From Octopus sinensis (Eukaryota): a DNA stretch of 63,901 nt. The position numbers and the translations under genes were made by a program. Shown here piece by piece: positions 25,501 to 37,942 of the stretch. The DNA lies in contig NC_043023.1 in assembly GCF_006345805.1 (NCBI RefSeq), positions 6,572,100 to 6,636,000 of the forward strand, written 5' to 3'. Every line of letters starts with the position of its first letter. Positions within the stretch are counted from its first letter, which is position 1. The notes below the pieces were generated by a model that was given only the letters and a program-made list of their open reading frames with translations, was not told where the DNA came from and did not search any database.

Positions 25501-28500
25501 CCCCAATGCTTTTTATGTGGCACCCCCCAATGCTTTTTTATGTGGGACCAGCCCCAATGCTTTTTATTATGTGGGACCAGCCCCAATGCTTTTATGTGGG
25601 ACCAGCCCCATGCTTTTTATGTGGCACCAGCCCCAATGCTTTTTATGTGGGACCAGCCCCAATGCTTTTTATGTGGGACCAGCCCCAATGCTTTTTATGT
25701 GGGACCAGCCCCAATGCTTTTTATGTGGGACCAGCCCCAATGCTTTTTATGTGGCACCAGCCCCAATGCTTTTTATGTGGGACCAGCCCCAATGCTTTTT
25801 ATGTGGACCAGCCCCAATGCTTTTTATGTGGGACCAGCCCCAATGCTTTTTATGTGGGACCAGCCCCAATGCTTTTTATGTGGGACCAGCCCCAATGCTT
25901 TTTATGTGGGACCAGCCCCAATGCTTTTTATGTGGGACCCGCCCCAATGCTTTTTATGTGGGACCAGCCCCAATGCTTTTTATGTGGGACCAGCCCCAAT
26001 GCTTTTTATGTGGGACCAGCCCCAATGCTTTTTACGTGACACCAGCCCCAATGCTTTTTATGTGGGACCAGCCCCAATGCTTTTTATGTGGGACCAGCCC
26101 CAATGCTTTTTATGTGGCACCAGCCCCAATGCTTTTTATGTGGGACCAGCCCCAATGCTTTTATGTGGGACCAGCCCAATGCTTTTTATGTGGGACCAGC
26201 CCCAATGCTTTTTATGTGGGACCAGCCCCAATGCTTTTTATGTGGGACCAGCCCCAATGCTTTTTATGTGGGACCAGCCCCAATGCTTTTTATGTGGGAC
26301 CAGCCCCAATGCTTTTTATGTGACAACAGCATCAATGCTTTTTACGTGGCACCAGCCCCAATGCTTTTTATGTGGGACCAGCCCCAATGCTTTTTATGTG
26401 GGACCAGCCCCAATGCTTTTTATGTGGGACCAGCCCCAATGCTTTTTATGTGGACCAGCCCCAATGCTTTTTATGTGGGACCAGCCCCAATGCTTTTTAT
26501 GTGGGACCAGCCCCAATGCTTTTTATGTGGGACCAGCCCAATGCTTTTTATGTGGGACCAGCCCCAATGCTTTTTATGTGGGACCAGCCCCAATGCTTTT
26601 TATGTGGGACCAGCCCCAATGCTTTTTATGTGGGACCAGCCCAATGCTTTTTATGTGGGACCAGCCCCAATGCTTTTTATGTGGGACCAGCCCCAATGCT
26701 TTTCACGTGACACCAGCCCCAATGCTTTTTACGTGGCACCAGCCCCAATGCTTTTTATGTGGGACCAGCCCCAATGCTTTTTATGTGGGACCAGCCCCAA
26801 TGCTTTTTATGTGGGACCAGCCCCAATGCTTTTTATGTGGGACCAGCCCCAATGCTTTTTATGTGGGACCAGCCCCAATGCTTTTTATGTGGGACCAGCC
26901 CCAATGCTTTTTATGTGGGACCACCCCAATGCTTTTTATGTGGGACCAGCCCCAATGCTTTTTATGTGGGACCAGCCCCAATGCTTTTTATGTGGGACCA
27001 GCCCCAATGCTTTTTATGTGGGACCAGCCCCAATGCTTTTTATGTGGGACCAGCCCCAATGCTTTTTATGTGGCAACCAGCCCCAATGCTTTTTATGTGG
27101 GACCAGCCCCAATGCTTTTTATGTGGGACCAGCCCCAATGCTTTTTATGTGGGACCAGCCCCAATGCTTTTTATGTGGGACCAGCCCCAATGCTTTTTAT
27201 GTGGGACCAGCCCCAATGCTTTTATGTGGGACCAGCCCCAATGCTTTTTATGTGGGACCAGCCCCAATGCTTTTTATGTGGGACCAGCCCCAATGCTTCT
27301 TATGTGGGACCAGCCCCAATGCTTTTTATGGGCACCAGCCCCAATGCTTTTTATGTGGGACCAGCCCCATGCTTTTTATGTGGGACCAGCCCCAATGCTT
27401 TTTATGTGGGACCAGCCCCAATGCTTTTTATGTGGGACCAGCCCCAATGCTTTTTATGTGGGACCAGCCCCAATGCTTTTTATGTGGGACCAGCCCCAAT
27501 GCTTTTATGTGGGACCAGCCCCAATGCTTTTATGTGGGACCAGCCCCAATGCTTTTTATGTGGGACCAGCCCCAATGCTTTTTATGTGGGACCAGCCCCA
27601 ATGCTTTTTATGTGGGACCAGCCCCAATGCTTTTTATGTGGGACCAGCCCCAATGCTTTTTATGTGGGACCAGCCCCAATGCTTTTTACGTGACACCAGC
27701 CCCAATGCTTTTTACGTGGGACCAGCCCCAATGCTTTTTATGTGGGACCAGCCCCAATGCTTTTTATGTGGGACCAGCCCCAATGCTTTTTATGTGGGAC
27801 CAGCCCCAATGCTTTTTACGTGGCACCAGCCCCAATGCTTTTTATGTGGGACCAGCCCCAATGCTTTTTATGTGGGACCAGCCCCAATGCTTTTTATGTG
27901 GGACCAGCCCCAATGCTTTTTATGTGGGACCAGCCCCAATGCTTTTTATGTGGGACCAGCCCCAATGCTTTTTATGTGGGACCAGCCCCAATGCTTTTTA
28001 CGTGGCACCAGCCCCAATGCTTTTTACGTGGCACCAGCCCCAATGCTTTTTATGTGGGACCAGCCCCAATGCTTTTTATGTGGGACCAGCCCCAATGCTT
28101 TTTATGTGGGACCAGCCCAATGATGCTTTTTATGTGGGACCAGCCCCAATGCTTTTTATGTGAACACAGCCCCAATGCTTTTTATATGGTGGGAATGTGG
28201 GACCAGCCCCAATGCTTTTTATGTGGGACCAGCCCCAATGCTTTTTATGTGGGACCAGCCCCAATGCTTTTTATGTGGGACCAGCCCCAATGCTTTTTAT
28301 GTGGGACCAGCCCCAATGCTTTTTATGTGGGACCAGCCCCAATGCTTTTTATGTGGGACCAGCCCCAATGCTTTTTATGTGGGACCAGCCCCAATGCTTT
28401 TTACGTGGCACCAGCCCCAATGCTTTTTACGTGACACCAGCCCCAATGCTTTTTACGTGGGACCAGCCCCAATGCTTTTTATGTGGCACCAGCCCCAATG

Positions 28501-30340
28501 CTTTTTATGTGGACCAGCCCCAATGCTTTTTTATGTGGGACCAGCCCCAATGCTTTTTATGTGGGACCAGCCCCAATGCTTTTTATGTGGGACCAGCCCC
28601 AATGCTTTTTATGTGGGACCAGCCCCAATGCTTTTTATGTGGGACCAGCCCCAATGCTTTTTATGTGGGACCAGCCCCAATGCTTTTTATGTGGGACCAG
28701 CCCCAATGCTTTTTTACGGACACCAGCCCCAATGCTTTTTATGTGGGACCAGCCCCAATGCTTTTTATGTGGGACCAGCCCAATGCTTTTTATGTGGGAC
28801 CAGCCCCAATGCTTTTTATGTGGGACCAGCCCAATGCTTTTTATGTGGGACCAGCCCCAATGCTTTTTATGTGGGACCAGCCCCAATGCTTTTTACGTGA
28901 CACCACCCCAATGCTTTTTATGTGGGACCAGCCCCAATGCTTTTTATGTGGGACCAGCCCCAATGCTTTTTATGGGGACCAGCCCCAATGCTTTTTATGT
29001 GGGACCAGCCCCAATGCTTTTTATGTGGGACCAGCCCCAATGCTTTTTACGTGGCACCAGCCCCAATGCTTTTTTATGTGGACCAGCCCAATGCTTTTTA
29101 TGTGGGACCAGCCCCAATGCTTTTATGTGGGACCAGCCCCAATGCTTTTTATGTGGGACCAGCCCCAATGCTTTTTATGTGGGACCAGCCCCAATGCTTT
29201 TTATGTGGGACCAGCCCCAATGCTTTTTATGTGGGACCAGCCCCAATGCTTTTTACGTGGCACCAGCCCCAATGCTTTTTTATGTGGGACCAGCCCCAAT
29301 GCTTTTTATGTGGGACCAGCCCCAATGCTTTTTATGTGGGACCAGCCCCAATGCTTTTTATGTGGGACCAGCCCCAATGCTTTTTATGTGGGACCAGCCC
29401 CAATGCTTTTTATGTGGGACCAGCCCCAATGCTTTTTACGTGCACCAGCCCCAATGCTTTTTATGTGGGACCAGCCCCAATGCTTTTTATGTGGGACCAG
29501 CCCCAATGCTTTTTATGTGGGACCAGCCCCAATGCTTTTTATGTGGGACCAGCCCCAATGCTTTTTATGTGGGACCAGCCCCAATGCTTTTTATGTGGGA
29601 CCAGCCCCAATGCTTTTTACGTGGCACCAGCCCCAATGCTTTTTATGTGGGACCAGCCCCAATGCTTTTTATGTGGCACCAGCCCCAATGCTTTTTACGT
29701 GGCACCAGCCCCAATGCTTTTTACGTGGCACCAGCCCCAATGCTTTTTACGTGGCACCAGCCCCAATGCTTTTTATGTGGGACCAGCCCCAATGCTTTTT
29801 ATGTGGGACCAGCCCCAATGCTTTTTATGTGGGACCAGCCCCAATGCTTTTTATGTGGACCGCCCCCAATGCTTTTTACGTGGCACCAGCCCCAATGCTT
29901 TTTACGTGGCACCAGCCCCAATGCTTTTTATGTGGGACCAGCCCCATGCTTTTTATGTGGGACCAGCCCAATGCTTTTTACGTGACACCAGCCCCAATGC
30001 TTTTTATGTGGGACCAGCCCCAATGCTTTTTATGTGGGACCACCCCAATGCTTTTTATGTGGGACCAGCCCCAATTTTTATGTGGGACCAGCCCAATGCT
30101 TTTTTACGTGGCACCAGCCCCAATGCTTTTTACGTGCACCAGCCCCAATGCTTTTTATGTGGGACCAGCCCCAATGCTTTTTATGTGGGACCAGCCCCAA
30201 TGCTTTTTATGTGGGACCAGCCCCAATGCTTTTTATGTGGGACCAGCCCCAATGCTTTTTATGTGGGACCAGCCCCAATGCTTTTTATGTGGGACCAGCC
30301 CCAATGCTTTTTATGTGGGACCAGCCCCAATGCTTTTTAC
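16595..30340. repeat. 26-bp satellite ATGTGGGACCAGCCCCAATGCTTTTT, about 530 copies (estimated from length)
   Basis: Direct reading; the 26-aa translated period equals 3 units. Confidence 0.99.
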
Positions 30341-30810
30341 ATTGCACCAACAACCACATCAATACTTTTTACATGGCACCTTGGTTTTAGGATCTCAAAA
30401 CTCCCTTAGGATTTCCCTTATCTATGTAGTCCCCTTGCGGGAAATAAAAAATCACCTTGGTTGATCTCAATTTTATTGTGGTGCACAAGTTTTCTCATGT
30501 ACAACAATACACCCCATATCTCGGTCCTCTGTCATCTCCTCCATAATGTTCAGCGTTTTCAGACCGGCTTTCACTACTCAAGCCATATCTTCTTGGGTTT
30601 CCCTCTTCCATAACTTCTTTCCACTTCAAGTGATCGGCGCTTCTTTATGCAACTGTCCTTATCCATTTGCATCAGTACGCATAACATAAATTCTTCCCCT
30701 CACGAATAAAGGACTGAATTCTTTTCGTTTTTCTTTCTTTTTTTTTTCTTTTTGTTAGAAACCAGCTCTTTCTCTATTGACAAGAAATTTTGAAATAAAA
30801 CTGAATAATG

Positions 30811-30843
<33 letters not shown>

Positions 30844-31160
30844 TATATATACATACACGCACACACACATATATACATACATACACATACATACATACAT
30901 ATCCAAACCCTCACTGGGACTGTAAAAATTTGTAAATCTTTCCAGAAGTTTATCAGTTAAGTATATTATGCGCATGTCTAGACATGCAACTATATGTATA
31001 AGAATATGTACATAAAACAAAACATACAAGTCTGCACTTGCATTGACTCCAAATATTGTACATAAATACACATACATGCAAAAATACGGTGTTGTTGAAA
31101 TTCCAAAGACGGAGTCTTGGTTGTAGGTTAGAAACTGGCTCTCTCTCTATTGGCAAGAAA

Positions 31161-31659
31161 TCTTTATATATAAAAGTAAGGTTGTGTGCTGTCTGTCTCC
31201 TACGATTTAGATTCCTAACTACTCCCACATTTTGCGGTGCAGTTTAACCAAAAGCGGGTATCTTATAGTCGTGATTAATATCGAGCCCTTCTGGGTATTA
31301 GCGCGCGTCTACGATGAGTCTACGATTTTAAAAATAATTTACCATCATTTTTTTCCATTTTAATGCATTTTTTCGCTATTATATAAGGGAATTAACTCTC
31401 TAAAAATGTCTACGATGAGTCAACGATTTTTTAAAAATTTACCATAATTTTTTTCCATTTTAATGCATTTTTCGCTATTATATAAGGGAAGTAACTCTCT
31501 AAAAATGTCTACGATGAGTCAACGATTTAAAAAAAATTTACCATCATTTTTTTTTCCATTTTTAATACATTTTTTGCTACTTTTTGGCTACAACTCTCTA
31601 AAAATGCTTATATAGTTATTTCCCTTACAAACCCGAGCAACGCCGGGCGATACTGCTAG
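31161..31659 (+). mobile_element. Non-autonomous Helitron
   Basis: A|TC start, 3' hairpin CCCGAGCAACGCCGGG, CTAG|T end; empty-site paralogue at 30755-30808. Confidence 0.92.
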
Positions 31660-32176
31660 TCTTGAAATAAAACTGAATGCTCATATATATTTAAATGATA
31701 AACTCCTGGAAAGTTTTACAGATTTTTACAGTTCCAATGATGAATTGGGTCTGTAGTCTTTGAATAGCTTGTAATATAGCTTGTAAATATATATCTTAGA
31801 AGAGATTGATAACGTTTTAATTTCGGTTGAGTCAGTTTTCTTGTAGCTCTTCAGTTTCGACTGTTTGACATACAAATTTCCAGAGGAGCAAAACATTCAC
31901 AACAATAAGCATAAATATTATACTTGTATGTGTGTGTGCGTGGTGTGTGTGTGTGTGTGTTGTGTTTACTAATATATATACGAGGGGGCGTGGGATGTAT
32001 ATATGTATGTATATGTATGACTATATGTATGTATATGTAGGTATATATATATATATATATATATAGGTGTGTGTATGGGTGTGTGTATATATGTATATAT
32101 ATACATATATATGTATATATATGTATATATATATACATATATATACATATATATATACATATATATATATATATAT

Positions 32177-32207
<31 letters not shown>

Positions 32208-32688
32208 GTATATAAATATATGTATATATATATATATATGTGTGTGTGTGGTGTGTGTGGTGTGTGTGTGTGTCTTGTGTGTGTGTCTGTGTGTGTGTGT
32301 GTGTGTATGTATACACATATACACATATGCAGACACATGCACATACCCATGTGTGAAAGAGTGTGAGTCGACGCCTGTCGGTATTTTGGCATGTAACAGC
32401 TGTTTTGACATAAAACATAAAAACAAGACAGAGCGCTAAGTCGATAAAGCCCCACCCCTCTTACACCCACCCACCCACACACACCACACACATACACAAA
32501 GTTACTGTGACACCTACGCATCATTAGTCACACATTCACCACCACGCGCGCATCCACAACAAGTCTAAAAGTACCCATGGTCATTATAAGCGAACGAGGC
32601 TACAAGCACTGACTAGGTTCGTTTCAGTACTCTACCCCCCAGCCAGACGAAGTACCCCCAGAGTTAACCCTGTTTCTACCAAACTGGC

Positions 32689-32732
<44 letters not shown>

Positions 32733-32754
32733 CCTCTCCCTATATCTCTCTTTC

Positions 32755-34322
32755 TCTTTTACTTGTTTCAGTCATTTGACTGCGGCCATGCTGGAGCACC
32801 GCCTTTCTTTAGTCGAGCAAATCGACTCCGAGACTTATTCTTTGGAAGCCCAGTACTTATTCTATCGGTCTCTTTTGCCGAACCGCTAAGTGACGTGGAT
32901 GTAAGCACACCAGCATCGGTTGTCAAGCAATGCTAGGGGGACAAACACAGACACAAACACACACACACACATATATATATATATACACTAGCAGTATCGC
33001 CCGGCGTTGCTCGGGTTGTAAGGGAAATAACTATATAAGCATTTTTAGAGAGTTATAGCCAAAAAATAGCAAAAAAATGCATTAAAAATTGAAAAAAAAT
33101 TAAGGTAAATTTTTTTTTAAAATCGTTGACACATCGTAGATATTTTTAGAGAGTTACTTCCCTTATATAAAAGCGAAAAAAATGCATTAAAATGCAAAAA
33201 TATGATGGTAATTTTTTTTTAAATCGTAGACTCATCGTAGACGCGCGCTAATACCCAGAAGGGCTCGATATGAATCACGACTATAAGATACCCGCTTTTG
33301 GTTAAACTGCACCGCAAAATGTGGGAGTAGTTACGAATCTAAATCGTAGGAGACAGACACACAACTTCCCTCTTATATAAAGATGCTTTTTTTTTTCAGT
33401 CATAGAGTTAGATTTATGAAGGTCTTCAGTAGAAAATCCTTCGAATTCTGACTCGCTGCTTGATATAATGAAATTCGTATCCATTTTTTGTCAGAATTAC
33501 AAATTTTGAAAACACAATAGGAACAAATTTCGGAAAAAAATCTCCCATAATTCACGGAATTAAAATTACATTTCGATTTTTGTACAAAACTGTATTTGAA
33601 GTGTTTACGAAGTATAATACGTGTTTTCACGAATGTACTAAAGAGATTTACTCTGATATTCTCATTTAAATATGAATAGGTAAATTCGGGCGGTTTGGTA
33701 ACGAAAGGGTTTATATAAGTGTCGTCTGTTTATACATAAACACTGTTTCATACTTTCAGTTTAGTCTTCCTCAAATCACTCTGTCGCTATTTACTCTCTT
33801 CCAAGAACATTTTCACTCACTCTTATCTGTTAGCTTGCCATACATTTTACTCATGTATCTATCAGCGTGATAGACAGAAACAAATATTACATCTAGTTTC
33901 ACTTTATTCGTTGCACACTGTGTGTGTGCGTTTGCGTGTGCTGTAAACCAGACTAAGAAAAGCATTTGACATACACACCAGAATGTGAGTTTTCTGTAAA
34001 TTTTGCTTAATTGGAGTTTAAATTTTAAAAACTGGACCTGGCAAAACCCGATGCATTGTACTCTTAAAAATGCTAGGTAAATTGTAATTGAAGAAATCCT
34101 ATATTGTAGATTTCTATAACTGACAAAGGGAGGCAGATAAAATCTGCCTTTTATAATAAGAGATATATACGACAGGCTTCTTTCAGTTTCCGTCTAACAA
34201 ATCCACTCATAAGGCATTGGTCAGCCCGGGGCTATAGCAGAAGACACTTGCCCAAGATGCCACACAGTGGGACTGAACCCGGGACCATGTGGTTGGTTAG
34301 CAAGCTACTTACCACACAGCCC
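32755..34322 (-). mobile_element. SINE family A split by a composite Helitron
   Basis: Tail half 32755-32987 and head half 34164-34322 rejoin at the central (TA)n. Confidence 0.9.
32988..34163 (-). mobile_element. Composite Helitron: short element 32988-33383 plus a 780-bp 5' extension with its own TC start
   Basis: CTAG and hairpin at 32988-33015; internal A|TCTTTATATAAG start at 33383; outer A|TCTCTTATTATAAAA start at 34163. Confidence 0.8.
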
Positions 34323-34324
34323 TA

Positions 34325-34658
34325 CCCTTTCTCTCTTTCTTTGTCCCATTCTCTTACTCTCTGCCTCTCTCTCCTCTCTCTCTCTCTCTCTCTATTTATC
34401 TCTCTATCTATTTCTCCATTTTCTCTCCTACTCTCTCTTTATAGCTCAAATTTCTCCTTCTCACTCTTCCTCTCTTTCTATCCCTTCCTTTCTCTCTCTC
34501 CCCTTCTCTCACTATCTATCTCTCCCGTCTCTCTTTCTTTCTCTCTGCCTATCTCTCCTTCTCCCCTCTCTCTCTCTATCTTTCTATATATATATATATA
34601 TATCTCTATCTATCTGTCTATTGGTCTGTCTATCTGGCTATCTGTCTGTCTATCTATC

Positions 34659-34710
<52 letters not shown>

Positions 34711-34762
34711 AATCTATCTCTCTCTCTCTATCTATCTGTCTATTTGTCTGTCTGTCTTTCTA

Positions 34763-34801
<39 letters not shown>

Positions 34802-34970
34802 CTCAATCTCCCCTTCTCTCTCCCTGTCTCTATCTCCCCTTTCTCTCTATTTCTCTCTTTCTCTTTCATTCTCTCTCTCTATTTCCTTCTTCTCTCTTCC
34901 TTTCTTTCGCTCTTTCTCCCCCTCTCTCCCTTCTGTCCTTCTCCCTCTCTTCCTCTTCCCCTCCCTCTTC
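34325..34970. repeat. (TC)/(TATC) pyrimidine-rich microsatellite field
   Basis: Direct reading. Confidence 0.9.
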
Positions 34971-35112
34971 TGGTCTGACCAATGCCACAAAAGTAAATAT
35001 GGTGGAGAAAAATTGACGAACTTGTTGATGTGATTGGTGTGGTGTCCTGGAGCTCCTTCCAACGAATTCTGAGCGAGGAATTGTGAATGAAAAGAGTTGC
35101 TGCAAAATTTGT

Positions 35113-35431
35113 GGATCTTTTCTGTTTGACCGGCAGTTTTTTGAAATAATTTCTTTGTAACTAAACACTTTTAAACTTCGTATACTAGTAGAATGTGTTA
35201 CATAAAACATCTATTTCTCTTGGCTTTCTTGAGAAAATTCTATAATTTGTAAGATATTTGTTGTTTAATTTCTTGCATTTCGGCAATTTCAGCCAATCAA
35301 TGACGTCTATTGAGGTGAATACAATTTCTGCTGTAGTTTCCAACAACAATTTCTACCAGTATACGAAGTTTAAAAGTGTTTAGTTACAAAGAAATTATTT
35401 TAAAATTCTGCCGGTCAAAGTGAAAAGATCC
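35113..35431. mobile_element. MITE with GGATCTTTTC termini and an 8-bp TSD
   Basis: ~80-bp TIRs; TSD AAATTTGT at 35105-35112 and 35432-35439. Confidence 0.92.
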
Positions 35432-35838
35432 AAATTTGTGCCTCGCTTGATGAAGGAAAATCAAAAGCAATCATGACTGAATGCGTGTCGTGAACCGAAA
35501 GAACAGTTAGAAGTTGACCCAGACCTTTTGGCAAAGATCATCACCGATGACGAAAGATGGTGCTACGGCTACGACCCGGAAACGGAGCAGCAATCAAGCC
35601 AATGGAAGCATTCAATGTCACCACGCTCCCCAAAAAAGTGTCACGTGAAGTCCAATGTCCAGACGGTGTTGATTTATTTCATCGATGCAAAAAGAATTGT
35701 AGGCAACCTTATTTGGATCCATGTCTTAATGTGGATCATCTAGAGTTATCTCCCCTAGTCACATCGTTAACAACTAGGTGGCGCTCGTTAGATACGGATA
35801 AAAAGCCGCGCACAGCCAAGAACGGCCTCTTTTGCTCT

Positions 35839-36015
35839 TCGTCTGCCGCTACGTTGTGAGTTCAAATTCCGCCGAGGTCGGCTTTGCCTTTCATCCTTTC
35901 GGGGTCGATAAATTAAGTACCAGTTACTCACTGGGGTAGATTAATCAACTTTATCCCTTTGTCTGTCCTTGTTTGTCCCCTCTGTGTTTAGCCCCTTGTG
36001 GGCAATAAAGAAATA
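35839..36015 (+). mobile_element. SINE family B, 5'-truncated, with an 11-bp TSD
   Basis: TCTTTTGCTCT at 35828-35838 and 36016-36026. Confidence 0.9.
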
Positions 36016-36206
36016 TCTTTTGCTCTCCCATGCGGCCTGCTGCTAACTGCATTGTCTCCATCTCTGTTCCTGCTACTGGAGACCCCCGCATTGATTTGAA
36101 TTGAGTGGAATCCACTATACCAGTCATGGAAGGCGGCAAGACAAAAACCTCTTCTTACTCAACTTCCATTCTATTCTATTAATATACAAGCTGTGTATAA
36201 ATGCTC

Positions 36207-36767
36207 GGATCTTTTCGCTTTGACCGGCAGATTTTTAAAATAATTTCCATGTAACTAAAAAATTTTAAACTTCGTATACTGGTAAAATGTGTTTCAACCA
36301 ATTAATGACGCCTATTGAGGTGAAAACATTCTCTGCCGTAAACATTTTCTGGCGGTGTCATATGAAAATGTCCCTCGTTTAAGAAACAGATTGGGTTTAT
36401 TTACATTTCTGAAAAAAAAAGATACCCTTACCCCCACCCCTAACCCTAACTCTAACTCTAACCCTAAAACAGATTGAAATGCAATAGATCGATACTAGTG
36501 TCATAATTATGGGTGACATTTTCATATGACACCGCCAGAAAATGTTGTTTACACTCTACGGCAGAAATCGTTTTCACCTCAATAGACGTCATTGATTGGA
36601 TGAAATTGCCGAAATTGAAGAAAATATCTTACAAACTACAGAATTTTCTCAATAAAGCCAAGAGAAAATGATGTTTTATAAAAACATTCTACCAATATAC
36701 GAAGTTTAAAATTTTTTAGTTACATGGAAATTATTTTTAAAATCTGCCGGTCAAAGCGAAAAGATCC
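36207..36767. mobile_element. GGATC-ended MITE with an 8-bp TSD and internal (CCCTAA)-type repeats
   Basis: TSD AAATGCTC at 36199-36206 and 36768-36775; CCCTAACCCTAACTCTAACTCTAACCCTAA near 36438-36467. Confidence 0.92.
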
Positions 36768-37217
36768 AAATGCTCTCCTCCCGGATTGGAATAAATACAC
36801 CATGCACATGAAGGCTTCGAAAACTCATACGAATTGTTGTCGTTTCTCACTGGATTAATTCCTACAGCTATCGAAGGATGACCAGACATTATATTAAATT
36901 AGTGGACTAAAAGCTCGCTAAAGAATTGTCAACACAGAAATTGCTCCTTCCTGGCCAAACTGTTAACCAGATATTTTACTTGGCAGTTCTGAAGTATTTG
37001 CGTGACGCGGCGAGACAAAAACGGCCTGACCTTTGGGAAAATGGAGAGTGGTGGTTTCATCACCACACCGCCTTGATCGTGAGACAGTTTTTGACTAGAA
37101 ATGGCATGACCCCGTTTACCCATCCTTCCTATTCACCCGATATTGCTCCCTGAAACTTTTTTTGTTTCTCCGAATGAAAAAAAATCCTTAAGGAATATGT
37201 TTTGCAGATGTGGAAGG

Positions 37218-37942
37218 CATTTGCCATATTCTGAACGCCTTACTTCCCTGGGCATGGATACATTGAAACTCCGACGATCCCGACAAGCTTGACCACCGGA
37301 AAAACAAGACGTCACCAGTATTTTAACGAATCAAAAATCAGATCCGTTCACATAAAAAAATTTTAAAAAACATCTCCCATGACTCCAAAACATATGACTA
37401 CAAGTGAAAGCTCCTACGGAAAGAGGATCAGAGAAATTAAACCAAATCCCTTTTTTTTTTTTTTACTATTTTCATTTCCCCCTTGTTTTTCCCCTTTTGA
37501 AACTCCGACGTCTGGCAGCTGACTTGGCAGACACCCATGAAATTATTAACCATCTTACAAACAATAACTCTGAGCACCTTTTCAAACTCCACCCATCTAA
37601 CACCCGTGGACATGTTTACAAAGTCAGAAAACAGCACAGCTCCCATGACTTTCAGAGACATTTTTTCATGCTAAGAGTTGCTGAAGTATGGAACAAACTG
37701 CCGGCATCAGTTGTTTGTTGTCAGAGCATTGCATCCTTCAAAACCTCCATGCTTCCTGAGATTCGCCAACACTACACCTGATTTTCTCCCCTCCATACAC
37801 ACGTAAGCATGTATCTGACTCATACACTGTTCACTTTCCAGACATTTGTACATTACTGCATATACTCTATATGCACTTTCTGACAAGTTGTGGTGCACCT
37901 GAGCACTGTATATAATAATTTCATTATTATTATTATTATTTA
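37218..37942 (+). mobile_element. CR1-clade LINE 3' end with an (ATT)n tail
   Basis: HLPYSERLTSLGMDTLKLRR|LAADL..TRGHVYKV..HFFMLRVAEVWNKLPASVV..SFK. Confidence 0.88.
37277..37496. mobile_element. Unclassified 220-bp insertion with a 14-bp TSD
   Basis: TTGAAACTCCGACG at 37263-37276 and 37497-37510. Confidence 0.75.

Larger units (their letters stand above)
16250..30680 (-). mobile_element. RTE LINE 3' end whose 3' UTR hosts the 26-bp satellite
   Basis: Left flank TTTCTACAGCTGG..GCCCTTC..AACGTCAACCACT matches the 3' UTR at 59055 and 61595; right flank 30480-30680 translates (-) to MDKDSCIKKRRSLEVE..GRGKPKKIW..LKTLNIMEEMTEDRD. Confidence 0.8.
35698..36921 (+). mobile_element. Probable solo LTR (~470 bp once nested elements are removed)
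   Basis: Interrupts the mariner ORF; starts TGTAG, ends GCTAA; flanked by AGAAT (AAAGAATTGT on a longer reading); AATAAA at 36790. Confidence 0.55.

Noticed and set aside
16595-30340. CRISPR-like array
   Set aside because: Contiguous repeats with no unique spacers and no cas genes; eukaryotic context
16566-30464. ORFs up to 1171 aa (MWDQPQCFLCGTSPNAFYVGPAPMLF repeats)
   Set aside because: The 26-bp unit has no stop in any + frame; all three frames are open and indels shift freely between them, so there is no sign of coding constraint
36438-36467. True telomere or chromosome fusion site
   Set aside because: Only 4-5 degenerate units, internal to a MITE with TSDs and repeated in other copies
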